Below, piece after piece: positions 26,654 to 35,581 of a DNA stretch of 64,000 nucleotides (position 1 is its first letter; the number at the start of each line of letters is the position of its first letter). The notes under the pieces are model-generated. The model worked only from the letters and a program-made list of their open reading frames with translations. It did no database searches and was not told where the DNA came from. Source of the DNA: Syntrophaceae bacterium (GTDB lineage: Bacteria > Desulfobacterota > Syntrophia > Syntrophales > Smithellaceae); the NCBI GenBank assembly GCA_009773315.1, contig WRPE01000011.1, positions 132-64,131 on the forward strand. Direction: 5' to 3'. Both the position numbers and the translations under genes were made by a program.

Positions 26654-28360
26654 ATGCAAAAAAAACTTATTAATTTCATGGTCTGCGGATTTCTTGTCCC
26701 AGCGATTTTTGCGGGCTGCGCTTCTTTGTCGGCAAACCGTCCATTATCTTATTCATCCATCCCGGAACAGTATTCCGGAGCCGCGGCCTATCATTATTCG
26801 CTGGCCGTTTTGTCGCGCCTGGATGGCGACCTGACGACGTCTATCGATCAATTGAAACAGGCGCTCGCGATTCATCCCGATTCACCTTATCTTACCACCG
26901 AACTGGTTTCGCTGTATGTAGAGAATAGTAATGTTGATCTTGCCTTGTCGCTGGGGGAGTCAGCTCTGGCTAAAAATCCCGGCAATATCGAACTCCGTTC
27001 CATTATGGGCGGTTTGTATTTTAATCTGCGTGAATACGATAAGGCGATTCGGGAATATCAGACCATCATCGAGATGGATCCAAAGAATCTGGTTGCCTAC
27101 TTGTATCTGGCGACTATTTACGCGCAGGAAAAAAAATATGACTCAGCCGATCAAGCTTATAAGAAAATGCTGGAAATAGATCCCGATAATATCATCGGCA
27201 TTTATTACTACGCGAAAACGCTGACCCAAATGAACCGCTTAGCGGAGGCTGAGGCTCTCTATCAAAAGATTACGGTGCAAAGGCCCGCGTTTGAAGCGAG
27301 CTGGCTGGGACTCGCCGCACTTTACGAAACTCAAAACAAATATGATGAAGCCATTAGGGTTTATCGCCGTTATCTGGAGATGAATCCTGCCCGGATCAGT
27401 TTCCGGATAAAGATTGCCGAGTTACTGGTTAAAGCGAATAAACAGGGAGAGGCGGAAAAAGAATTTCAGGAAGTCTTAAAAACGGATCCCGACAACCGCG
27501 AGGTGCGCACCGCTCTGGGGCTTTTATACTACGATATACGCCGGTTTGATGCGGCGGCCGTTCAATTTTTATCGCTGCTGGAAACGGCGCCTGACGACCA
27601 AAAATTGCGTTATCTTTTCGCCAATGCTCTGGAGCAAAAGGGTGATTGGCATACGGCGCAGGCGGAGTATCAAAAAATATCTCCGGTGTTTGAATTATAC
27701 GCCAATGCCCAAATTCAAGCGGCTATGATTTTCAAGAAAGAAGGCAAGCTCGCGGACGCCATCCTGGTTATAACCCAGGCCATTGAAAAGAAAAACGATC
27801 AGGCCGTTTTGTATCTCTACTTAGCATCGCTGTATGAAGAACAGAAGGACTTTGCAGCGGCGGAAAAAACGGTTCTGGAAGGCATTGGGCGCTTCCCCCG
27901 GAATGCTGATCTGCATTATGTCCGGGGCTCGATTCTGGAGAAAATAAACCGTTTTGAGGAAAGTGTTAAATCCATGAAAACCGTTCTGGATATTGATCCG
28001 CAAAATGCGGACGCGCTTAATTTTATCGGCTATTCCTATGCTGATCGTGATATTCATCTTGATCAGGCCGAACAAATGATTGTCCAGGCCTTAAAGATCA
28101 AACCGGACAATGGATACATTCTGGATTCGCTGGGCTGGTTGCATTTTAGAAAAAGCAATTACGACAGCGCCCTGAAATATCTCAAAAGAGCACTGGAACT
28201 TTTGCCGGATGACCCCAATGTTATGGAGCATCTGGGGGATGTTCATTTAAAAATCGGTCAGGAGACAGAGGCTTTGGATTATTACCGGAAGGCTATGAAG
28301 ATTATTCCTGACAATAGTATACTGAAAAAGAAACTTGATAATCTGATTAATAAAAAATAG
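26654..28360 (+). CDS. TPR-repeat lipoprotein, 568 aa
   Basis: Lipobox IFAGCAS. The rest of the protein is many tandem TPR-like 34-aa repeats (A..YY..A, P.N...). Confidence 0.75.
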   Translation: MQKKLINFMVCGFLVPAIFAGCASLSANRPLSYSSIPEQYSGAAAYHYSLAVLSRLDGDLTTSIDQLKQALAIHPDSPYLTTELVSLYVENSNVDLALSLGESALAKNPGNIELRSIMGGLYFNLREYDKAIREYQTIIEMDPKNLVAYLYLATIYAQEKKYDSADQAYKKMLEIDPDNIIGIYYYAKTLTQMNRLAEAEALYQKITVQRPAFEASWLGLAALYETQNKYDEAIRVYRRYLEMNPARISFRIKIAELLVKANKQGEAEKEFQEVLKTDPDNREVRTALGLLYYDIRRFDAAAVQFLSLLETAPDDQKLRYLFANALEQKGDWHTAQAEYQKISPVFELYANAQIQAAMIFKKEGKLADAILVITQAIEKKNDQAVLYLYLASLYEEQKDFAAAEKTVLEGIGRFPRNADLHYVRGSILEKINRFEESVKSMKTVLDIDPQNADALNFIGYSYADRDIHLDQAEQMIVQALKIKPDNGYILDSLGWLHFRKSNYDSALKYLKRALELLPDDPNVMEHLGDVHLKIGQETEALDYYRKAMKIIPDNSILKKKLDNLINKK

Positions 28361-28403
28361 AGTTGCCAAAAACTACGTCAAATTTCCAGGAAGTGTTCCC
28401 GAC

Positions 28404-29174
28404 ATGCGTGATCGATATTTTCCCTGCGGGCGGGTGGTAATTTTTTTATGGCTGTTGCTGCTGGCTTGCGGATGCGCCGGGAAAACGGCGGGCATGCCGC
28501 CAAAATCTTTAGAGGTTATTTCCCGAACGATTCATGAAACGGACAGGATTGTCGCCACGGCACAGATTGATCTGATGACGGCGCAGGGGCATTTTCCGGT
28601 CAGAGCCGCGTTAGTTTTGCAGAAGCCTTCCTATCTTCGTCTGGAGATGCTGCCGCTGATCGGCACACCCGATTTTTTCCTGACCGCAACACCTCATGAT
28701 ATGAGGATATTTATTCCGTCGCGGGGCGAGTTTTATTCGGGAAAACCCTCTGCCGAAAATCTGGCTCGTTTTTTAACTTTTGCATTGGATATTGCAGATA
28801 TGGTGATGATTCTCTCCGGTTCTTATCCACCCCTGGCCGATCAGAATTTGTCATATGCGAATTACGAGGAAGCCGCTTTGCTGCGTGTTGACATGAAAAC
28901 ACCTTTGGGGCCTTCGCAAACGATCTGGATGGAGAAAAACGGAAGAATAACAAGGCTGGTCCGCCATGATTCGGACGGCAGAGAAATTTATCAGGTGCAA
29001 TATGAGGATTATTCGCCGCAGGGCCTTCTTGCCGAAAAGATAACTATTAAATGGACGGATAACGTGACGTCTGTCAGCGTAAAATATTCCGATCTAAAAA
29101 TCGAAAAGGCGACCGATCTGTCGGTCTTTGAATTGCCGGTTCCGGCGGAAATCAAAATAATTAAAATGAATTAA
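28404..29174 (+). CDS. LolB-like / DUF4292-type outer-membrane lipoprotein
   Basis: Lipobox LLLACGCAG. Size, beta-rich composition and position after a TPR protein fit the DUF4292/LolB-like family. No catalytic motif. Confidence 0.45.
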   Translation: MRDRYFPCGRVVIFLWLLLLACGCAGKTAGMPPKSLEVISRTIHETDRIVATAQIDLMTAQGHFPVRAALVLQKPSYLRLEMLPLIGTPDFFLTATPHDMRIFIPSRGEFYSGKPSAENLARFLTFALDIADMVMILSGSYPPLADQNLSYANYEEAALLRVDMKTPLGPSQTIWMEKNGRITRLVRHDSDGREIYQVQYEDYSPQGLLAEKITIKWTDNVTSVSVKYSDLKIEKATDLSVFELPVPAEIKIIKMN

Positions 29175-29212
29175 CAGCGTAGAGATCTGTCTCTATGAAA
29201 ATCATGCATCAT

Positions 29213-29275
29213 TTGAATCCCGCTTAAGCGGGACGAGCGTTCATTCTCCGTAGCGAGCTCGCGAGGTGGTTGATT
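29213..29275 (+). repeat. Composite REP-like repeat, copy 2 (short form, 63 bp, internal module missing)
   Basis: TTGAATCCCGCTTAAGCGGGACGAGCGTTCATTCTCCGTAGCGAGCTCGCGAGGTGGTTGATT. It shares both ends with copies 1 and 3 but lacks about 40 internal bp. Confidence 0.8.
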
Positions 29276-29377
29276 CGGATGCAGGTCCTCCCGCAGTCAC
29301 GACGAGTCCCTTAGCACTGATAAAAAAAGAGGCCTTATGCAAAAGCCCCTTTTTTATTCTTTTATGATCGAACAAAC

Positions 29378-30184
29378 CTAGTTAATGTCCTGAAGCTTGG
29401 AACGCGCAATCCGCGCCTGGCTGGTATTGGGATAATCCCTTATCACCTGCTGCAGAAGCAGCTTGGCGCTTACCTTATCACCCAGATTTTGAAAGGAAAT
29501 CCCCTGCTTTAACAAGGCGTAAGGAACTTTGTTGCTGCTGGGGAATTGTTTGGTCACTTTTTCATATTCCAGAATGGCCTTATCGTATTTCTTTTCAAAA
29601 AAATAACATTCGCCAATCCAGAACTGGGCATTATCAGAATACTCACCTGCCGGATGAGCGGTCAGAAAACCTTGAAAAGCTTCTCTGGCCTTTGTGTAGT
29701 TGCCCCCCTTAAAGGTCTGATAGGCCGCCGCATAAATCGCCGCTTTGTCCTGCTTCCCCGAAGGATCCTTGGTTGAAGCAGAACTGTCGATGTCACTTGA
29801 AGAATCTTTCTTACTGATTTCCAGGAAATTTTCAATGAAACTGATCTTCAGGAGAAGGTTGTCGATCTTTGCCTTATATTCCTTAGAATCCCGGGACGTT
29901 TCCTTCTTCAATGTTTCAACTTGACCGTGTAGTTGCTGGATGTTATCGCGGAGTTCCGCAAAATCCGCGCTGGTGTTGGCTTGTCCTTTGCGCATGGACG
30001 CCAGAGTCGTTGTGTTTTTCTCCTGCTCTTTTTGCGCCGCGGCGATCCGGGTATCCACCACGGCAAGCTTTTCTTCCATCTGCTGGTTTAATTCCGAACG
30101 GACTGCCTTTAAATCGGATGATGTCGCACAGCCGGAAACGAAAAAAACAAGCGCCAAAAATGTGAGATAAAGAGAGCTTTTCAA
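29378..30184 (-). CDS. ybgF: Tol-Pal system protein YbgF/CpoB
   Basis: Lipoprotein-type signal (FFVSGCAT), coiled-coil N-terminal half and C-terminal TPR (YAAAYQTFKGGNY...AQFWIGECYF...). It is last in the tol-pal order. Confidence 0.8.
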   Translation of the reverse strand: MKSSLYLTFLALVFFVSGCATSSDLKAVRSELNQQMEEKLAVVDTRIAAAQKEQEKNTTTLASMRKGQANTSADFAELRDNIQQLHGQVETLKKETSRDSKEYKAKIDNLLLKISFIENFLEISKKDSSSDIDSSASTKDPSGKQDKAAIYAAAYQTFKGGNYTKAREAFQGFLTAHPAGEYSDNAQFWIGECYFFEKKYDKAILEYEKVTKQFPSSNKVPYALLKQGISFQNLGDKVSAKLLLQQVIRDYPNTSQARIARSKLQDIN

Positions 30185-30203
30185 AGCTTTCTCCTTTTCT
30201 GAA

Positions 30204-30827
30204 TTATTTCAAAAGAAACTGTGCTCGTCTGTTCTGTGCCCAGGCCGCTTCATCGTGAGCTTCGTTAGCCGGACGTTCCTCACCATAGCTGATGGTTTCA
30301 AGACGTGATACATTGATCCCCAGATTCACCAGGTATTGCTTGGTTTCCTGGGCACGTCTCTCTCCAAGAGCCATATTGTATTCGGCGGTGCCTCTTTCAT
30401 CGCAATGGCCTTCAACAACGATCTTGGCAGCGCTGTTCTTTGTGAATATGTCGGCGTTGGCTTTCAATATTTCACGGGCATCGGGGCGGATACTGGATTT
30501 GTCATAATCAAAATAGATGTTTTGAATATTCAGGTCGTTGAGTGCTGCTGCATTTCTTGCGGCTCTATCTTTGGCGGCCTGTGCTTTCAGGGCGGCTTCC
30601 CGATCTGCCTGTTCTTTCAGGGCGGCTTCCCTATCTGCCTGTTCTTTCGCTCGGCGGGCGGCTTCATCGTCTTTCACTGCTACCGGTGCCGTCTGAGTGG
30701 GCGCAACCTTTTGTTCCTGGATGGCCTCATCTTTGACAACCGCCTTCTTTTCCGCGCAACCACTGAATATTGTCAAACCAAATACGAAAACCATTAACAA
30801 CCCTATTAGTGTTAAATGTTTCTTCAT
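30204..30827 (-). CDS. pal: Peptidoglycan-associated lipoprotein Pal (OmpA-like domain)
   Basis: Lipobox FSGCAE, low-complexity linker, and OmpA-like domain IYFDYDKSSIRPD...EGHCDERGTAEYNMALGERRA. Confidence 0.92.
   Translation of the reverse strand: MKKHLTLIGLLMVFVFGLTIFSGCAEKKAVVKDEAIQEQKVAPTQTAPVAVKDDEAARRAKEQADREAALKEQADREAALKAQAAKDRAARNAAALNDLNIQNIYFDYDKSSIRPDAREILKANADIFTKNSAAKIVVEGHCDERGTAEYNMALGERRAQETKQYLVNLGINVSRLETISYGEERPANEAHDEAAWAQNRRAQFLLK
30585..30644 (-). repeat. In-frame 30-bp tandem duplication inside the pal linker
   Basis: 30585-30614 and 30615-30644 are identical except for 1 nt. They encode KEQADREAAL twice. Confidence 0.9.
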
Positions 30828-31066
30828 GATATTCTCCTTTCATTATGGGTGTGGGTAGTTCACAAGTTATGTTAAAATTTAAACATAACTTGCCTGTGGA
30901 CGTCAACAAAAATAATATAAAAATTCAATGGCACATAAGGTGCTTTTCAAGGAGATGCCCGACAACCTCGCTGCTTTTCAATATCCCTGTTGAATGCATA
31001 ACTAATCATAATGTTTTCTATACGGCAAAGGCTGGAAAATAACAACCCTAACATGAAATAAATTTT

Positions 31067-32389
31067 CTATTTAAATTTGGGTGACCATGAAGGCATCACC
31101 AAATGGTCTTTATTTTCCTTAAGAACTCGTGTGTTCAGTCCATTAGAATTCATGATACTGATACGACTTTTTGAGCCTTGCCTCGAGCTGAAAACAATTT
31201 GTCTGCCGGAAGGAGACCACGATGGATATTCATTATCCGCATCATCAAATGTCAACTGAATAAGGTTGTTACCTTCCTCATCTACGGAAAAGATTTGGTA
31301 CTTGTGATTGATGAGGCCTTCATAAGCAATCCTGCCGCCGCGGGGAGACCAAGAAGGAGATGTGTTGTAATTGCCTTCAAAAGTTATTCTTTTAACGTTG
31401 TTGCCGTCCGTATCCATTAAAAATATTTGCGGGGAGCCCGAACGATTGGACACGAAAGCGATTTTTTTGCCGTCAGGCGACCAGGCCGGAGAAACATCAA
31501 TGGAATGACTATGAGTTAAACGCTTGAGCGTCATGGCGTCAATGTCCAGGGCATAGATTTCTTCATTGTTGTCCTTACTCAGCGTCAGCAATAATTTTTT
31601 GCTGTCCGGGGAGAAGGAACCGCATAAATTGAGGCCAGGAAACGAAGAAACATTTTTTTCTTTTCCGGTTTTTAAATTTCGCAGATAAACCTCTGGCCGG
31701 CCGCTTTTGTATGATGTGAAAGCAAGATATTGACCGTCCGGCGACCAGCGCGGCGCCGCGACAATGTTTTGATGATTTGTCAGATTTTTCATGTCGGATG
31801 CGTTATAGTTCATCGTGTAAATATCAGACCGGGCATTTTTTTTGATCACAAAGGCAATTTTTGTATTGAAGTCCCCTTCATCTCCGGTCAGCGCAAGCAG
31901 GATATCGGCGGCGATAGCGCGTGCAAGCGCCGACAAGTCGCCGGTTTTATCCAAATATTTTTTATTAAAAAGCATCTGGCCGCGTGTGACATCGTACAAG
32001 CGGCTCTCCACGATAACATCATTTTGGCCGGCGATTATCATATCACCGCGCAGCAGAAAATCCGCGCCAATGACAGACCAATCGGAAAAACGGATGGTTT
32101 CCGGAGTACCTGGTTCAACGCCTTCCAGAAAACTTTTCTTGTCTAAAATATTAAAGATTCCCGATAGATCGATGTAGTGCCGGATGTTGTCGGCAATAGC
32201 GGTATTGAATTCAGCTGATGGTACCGCCCCCGCTTTTTTGTTTTGAAAATCACAAACCGCTATGGGGAATTGTTGAAAACCGGGTGCGTCAATATCAATA
32301 TATACTTTGGCCAAGGCTGTGTTATGCAAAATGCTGATTAATAAAAAAGTGAATAATATAAAAATATTGAATGTATATTTATTTTTCAT
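31067..32389 (-). CDS. tolB: Tol-Pal system beta-propeller protein TolB
   Basis: Signal peptide, TolB N-domain, then repeated PxWSPDG blades (PRWSPDGQYLAF, PAWSPDGKKIAF, PSWSPRGGRIAY, PSWSPSGRQIVF). Confidence 0.95.
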   Translation of the reverse strand: MKNKYTFNIFILFTFLLISILHNTALAKVYIDIDAPGFQQFPIAVCDFQNKKAGAVPSAEFNTAIADNIRHYIDLSGIFNILDKKSFLEGVEPGTPETIRFSDWSVIGADFLLRGDMIIAGQNDVIVESRLYDVTRGQMLFNKKYLDKTGDLSALARAIAADILLALTGDEGDFNTKIAFVIKKNARSDIYTMNYNASDMKNLTNHQNIVAAPRWSPDGQYLAFTSYKSGRPEVYLRNLKTGKEKNVSSFPGLNLCGSFSPDSKKLLLTLSKDNNEEIYALDIDAMTLKRLTHSHSIDVSPAWSPDGKKIAFVSNRSGSPQIFLMDTDGNNVKRITFEGNYNTSPSWSPRGGRIAYEGLINHKYQIFSVDEEGNNLIQLTFDDADNEYPSWSPSGRQIVFSSRQGSKSRISIMNSNGLNTRVLKENKDHLVMPSWSPKFK

Positions 32390-32391
32390 GG

Positions 32392-33150
32392 TTATGGTCG
32401 ATCCTTTGTGTTTGTCTGACGTAATTCAGCGGAATGAAACCGGATGCCGATTTCAATGGAGCGATGGGCCACCCATCCCGTAAGCGGCGGAAAAGGGATC
32501 GATTTTTTAACGGCGCGCATCGCGGACTCATCAAAATAATGATTGCCGGAGCGTTTTTCAAACCCGATATATTCCAGCGCGCCGCTTTGCGCAATTCTAA
32601 CTTCGATGATGGTTTCTACATTGTTTTTGGGCATTAAAGTGGCAGGCAGCGTCCAGTTCTTTTTTATTTTCGACCAGACAAAATGGCTATAGTCGTTTGT
32701 TTGCGATTGGTTTCCAGCCGAAGAGTCAACACCGGGGGATGTCGAGACGGGCGGGGCTTTGCTTGTCTTGTTGTCTTCCATATTGGTAAGTTCTTTTTGT
32801 TTAATAGCGCTGATTGCCTTTTCAATGTCGGGTTTGCCTGTTTCGTCTTTTTTAATCAGAGACACAGCCTTCGAAGTGACAGGATTGTGTTTCAGAATGA
32901 CGGGATGGGCCGTTTGAGATGGTTGCAGTATGCTTTTGGCAACGGAAGTCTCCTGGGGTGACCGCATGATTTCGGAACCCACCAGCGCGACGGAATAGGG
33001 TGCGCCAAAGGTTAGCTGCTTTGATGTGCCGGGTACGGTCATGATAATGGCGGCAATAACAATCAGGTGAAGAAACAGGGAGGCGAAAAACATATTGTAG
33101 GGACTACCGGTATTGCCGAAGGCGTTTTTAGGGGGCGTCCGGGATGTCAT
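32392..33150 (-). CDS. tolA: TolA-like protein (TM anchor plus TonB/TolA C-terminal domain)
   Basis: N-terminal TM helix, a linker containing proline and charged residues, and a TonB_C-like end (...ETIIEVRIAQSGAL...FDESAMRAVKKSIPFPPL). It sits between tolR and tolB. Confidence 0.7.
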   Translation of the reverse strand: MTSRTPPKNAFGNTGSPYNMFFASLFLHLIVIAAIIMTVPGTSKQLTFGAPYSVALVGSEIMRSPQETSVAKSILQPSQTAHPVILKHNPVTSKAVSLIKKDETGKPDIEKAISAIKQKELTNMEDNKTSKAPPVSTSPGVDSSAGNQSQTNDYSHFVWSKIKKNWTLPATLMPKNNVETIIEVRIAQSGALEYIGFEKRSGNHYFDESAMRAVKKSIPFPPLTGWVAHRSIEIGIRFHSAELRQTNTKDRP

Positions 33151-33572
33151 TTTATGCCCTCGGGCGGTTCGGTAATCATGCCAAGCTTATCGACGCCTGC
33201 TTTGCGTATTTCCGACATCACTTCCACCACAAAGCCGTAAGGAACATTTTTATCGGCGCGGAGGAAAATCTCCCGGTCAACGCGCTCAGCAAAGATTGCG
33301 GCAAGCTTCGCGTTAAGATCCTGAAGCGGCATTCGCGTTTTGTTTAAGAAAATTTCTTTGTTTTCTTTAATGCTCAAGACCAGTTTCTCTTCCGCGAGAT
33401 CGATACTTTTTGATTTAACACGCGGCAGGTTGACATCGATGCCCATGGAAAGCATCGGCGCGGTAACCATAAAGATGATGAGCAGCACAAGCATAACATC
33501 AACGAGCGGTGTAACGTTAATGTCCGCCATGGCTCTTTTTTCCCTATTGTTTCTGCGTGTTGTTCGCATCAT
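33147..33572 (-). CDS. tolR: Biopolymer transport protein TolR (ExbD family)
   Basis: ADINVTPLVDVMLVLLIIFMV TM segment is typical of ExbD/TolR. It overlaps tolA by 4 nt. Confidence 0.88.
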   Translation of the reverse strand: MMRTTRRNNREKRAMADINVTPLVDVMLVLLIIFMVTAPMLSMGIDVNLPRVKSKSIDLAEEKLVLSIKENKEIFLNKTRMPLQDLNAKLAAIFAERVDREIFLRADKNVPYGFVVEVMSEIRKAGVDKLGMITEPPEGIK

Positions 33573-33589
33573 GTCTTTCCTGAATCAAC

Positions 33590-34309
33590 TTATTTACGAA
33601 TCAGATAACGCTCGACGATATTTAAAAACTCATCGGCAAAGTTATCCATTTCCTGCACCATTATTTTAGACTTATTCAAAAAATAATTATAGAAAATAAC
33701 CGCCGGGATGGCCGCGGCCAGTCCCGCCGCCGTGGCGATCAGCGCTTCTGAGATGCCGGGGGCGACAACAGCCAGCGTCGCCGAACCGCGCGCACCGATG
33801 GCTTTGAAGGTTTCCATAAGTCCCCAGACCGTGCCGAATAAACCGATGAAGGGGCTGGCCGAACCGGTTGTGGCTAGAAATCCCAACGCGCTTTCCAGTT
33901 TGGTCATTTCCGTGTTGGAGGCTCGGTTGAGCGCCCGCTGCACACTATCCAGAGATGAGAGGCTGATTTCTTCACCGTGTGTTGCGTCTTTCGACAACTT
34001 ATTCACTTTGGTCAGTTCCGTATAGCCGACACGAAACACTTGCGCCGTTGTCGAGCATGCATATTTCTTGGCCGCAGGCAGGACTTCGGAAAGTTTATTG
34101 CTGCGTTGATAGTCGGAATCAAAAGCCTCATTTTCTATTCTGATTTTTCGATAATATCGGAATTTTAGAAAAATGATCGTCCATGAAACGACGGAGAGAA
34201 TGAGCAGAATGAGTAAAACAAATTTGACCATCAAACCGGCGTCTAAAATCATGCCAAGAAGAGAGCCGTGAAAATTGCTTCCTATGCCTAAAGACACAAT
34301 ATCCTTCAC
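33590..34309 (-). CDS. tolQ: Tol-Pal system protein TolQ (MotA/TolQ/ExbB channel)
   Basis: Three TM helices and the conserved end ...SASPFIGLFGTVWGLMETF...VAPGISEALIATAAGLAAAIPAV. Confidence 0.92.
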   Translation of the reverse strand: MKDIVSLGIGSNFHGSLLGMILDAGLMVKFVLLILLILSVVSWTIIFLKFRYYRKIRIENEAFDSDYQRSNKLSEVLPAAKKYACSTTAQVFRVGYTELTKVNKLSKDATHGEEISLSSLDSVQRALNRASNTEMTKLESALGFLATTGSASPFIGLFGTVWGLMETFKAIGARGSATLAVVAPGISEALIATAAGLAAAIPAVIFYNYFLNKSKIMVQEMDNFADEFLNIVERYLIRK

Positions 34310-34395
34310 TTTATTATCTCCAGAAATGGTTTTGAAATTTGCGATGTAACCTAAAGGAAAAAAAGGGGCTTGTCAATACATCTTTTTTTCAAAAG

Positions 34396-34497
34396 GATCA
34401 ACCACCTCGCGAGCTCGCTGTCGAGGTATGCAATGAACGTCATTATATCGCGAGCTCGCTGCGGAGAATTAACGCTCGTCCCGCAACAGCGGGATTA
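34396..34497 (-). repeat. Composite REP-like repeat, copy 3 (full length, inverted orientation)
   Basis: Its reverse complement aligns end to end with 24036-24140 at about 90 percent identity. It abuts the epmA stop codon (TAA, plus-strand 34495-34497). Confidence 0.85.
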
Positions 34498-35454
34498 AAG
34501 TGCTTCCGGTGGAAAGGCAATCACGTCATCAATTATGGCCGTATTGGTCAGAAGCATCATCATTCGGTCGATGCCAAGTGCGATGCCGGCGGCTTTGGGC
34601 ATGGCTTGCAGGGCTGTTAGAAATTTCTCCGGCATATCGTAATGTGCCCAATGTTTCGCGGCTCGTGCCGCGGACGCTTCTTCAAAACGCCGTCTTTGTT
34701 CATCCGCATCAGTCAATTCCGAAAAGCCGTTCGCTATTTCCATGCCTCCGATATAGAGTTCGAAGCGCTCGGCGACGGTCGGATCGCTCTTTTTAATTTT
34801 AGCCAGTGCCGCAAGTTTGGCCGGGTAATCATAAAGAAATGTTGGACGGTTGGCGCCCAGGCGAGGTTCGATATGCTCCACCAGGATTTCGTCAAACTGA
34901 TCTTTCGCCAGGGCTTCCTGGCAACTCATGGGGGCATACCTGAAAAAGGCGTCAGCCACCGTGATTCTTTCCCAGCCCGGCGCGAAATTAAATTTTTTAT
35001 TTTGCCAGATAATATTCTGGTTGCATCCCATGTCCTTTAATGCGGCGATGAGCATGGCTTCACATTGATCCATGAGTTGTTGGTAGTCAAGTTGCGCGAC
35101 GTACCATTCCAGCATGGTGAATTCCGGCAGGTGTCGATCGCCTCTTTCATTGGCGCGAAAGCATTTACTAAACTGGAAAATTCGGGGATAGCCCGCAGCC
35201 AGAAGCCTTTTCATGCAAAGCTCGGGCGAGGTCTGCAAAAACCAGTTGCCCGATGGAATGGCTTCAATATGCTCTTCGGGTGCGGGCGAGGGGATTCTGA
35301 TGGGCGTTTCAACTTCCAGAAAATCTTGTTCGATAAAGAAAGAACGGATGCTTTGAATAAACCGGGCCCGCAAGTGTAGGGCTTGCGACTTGCGCGCCAG
35401 ATAGAAATGATCGTCCTTTGGGAATGTGCTCAAGAATATTATCCTGGAAAACAA
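34495..35454 (-). CDS. epmA: EF-P lysine-beta-lysine ligase EpmA (PoxA/GenX, class-II aaRS-like)
   Basis: LysRS-catalytic-core-like motifs: FLEVETP, FRANERGDRHLPEFTMLEWY, GIALGIDRMMMLL. It lies adjacent to efp and epmB. Confidence 0.9.
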   Translation of the reverse strand: MFSRIIFLSTFPKDDHFYLARKSQALHLRARFIQSIRSFFIEQDFLEVETPIRIPSPAPEEHIEAIPSGNWFLQTSPELCMKRLLAAGYPRIFQFSKCFRANERGDRHLPEFTMLEWYVAQLDYQQLMDQCEAMLIAALKDMGCNQNIIWQNKKFNFAPGWERITVADAFFRYAPMSCQEALAKDQFDEILVEHIEPRLGANRPTFLYDYPAKLAALAKIKKSDPTVAERFELYIGGMEIANGFSELTDADEQRRRFEEASAARAAKHWAHYDMPEKFLTALQAMPKAAGIALGIDRMMMLLTNTAIIDDVIAFPPEAL

Positions 35455-35486
35455 TGATCTCGTAAAAAGTCAAACTTGTCCTTTTT

Positions 35487-35555
35487 GTCATTCTCGCGCA
35501 GGCGGGAATCCAGTTATCTAATAATGTAATAGATTCCCGCCTGCGCGGGAATGAC
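35487..35555. repeat. Pair of 24-bp palindromic REP-like units
   Basis: GTCATTCTCGCGCAGGCGGGAATC (35487-35510) and GATTCCCGCCTGCGCGGGAATGAC (35532-35555) are reverse complements with 1 mismatch. Each unit contains a TCCCGC-N4-GCGGGA hairpin core. Confidence 0.85.
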
Positions 35556-35581
35556 AGGGTGAGAGACTTTGTATAAAGGTG

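Noticed and set aside
24036-35555. Possibility that the recurring hairpin repeats are a CRISPR array.
   Set aside because: The copies are 5-10 kb apart, lie in different orientations, and are separated by housekeeping genes. There are no regularly spaced spacers and no cas genes.
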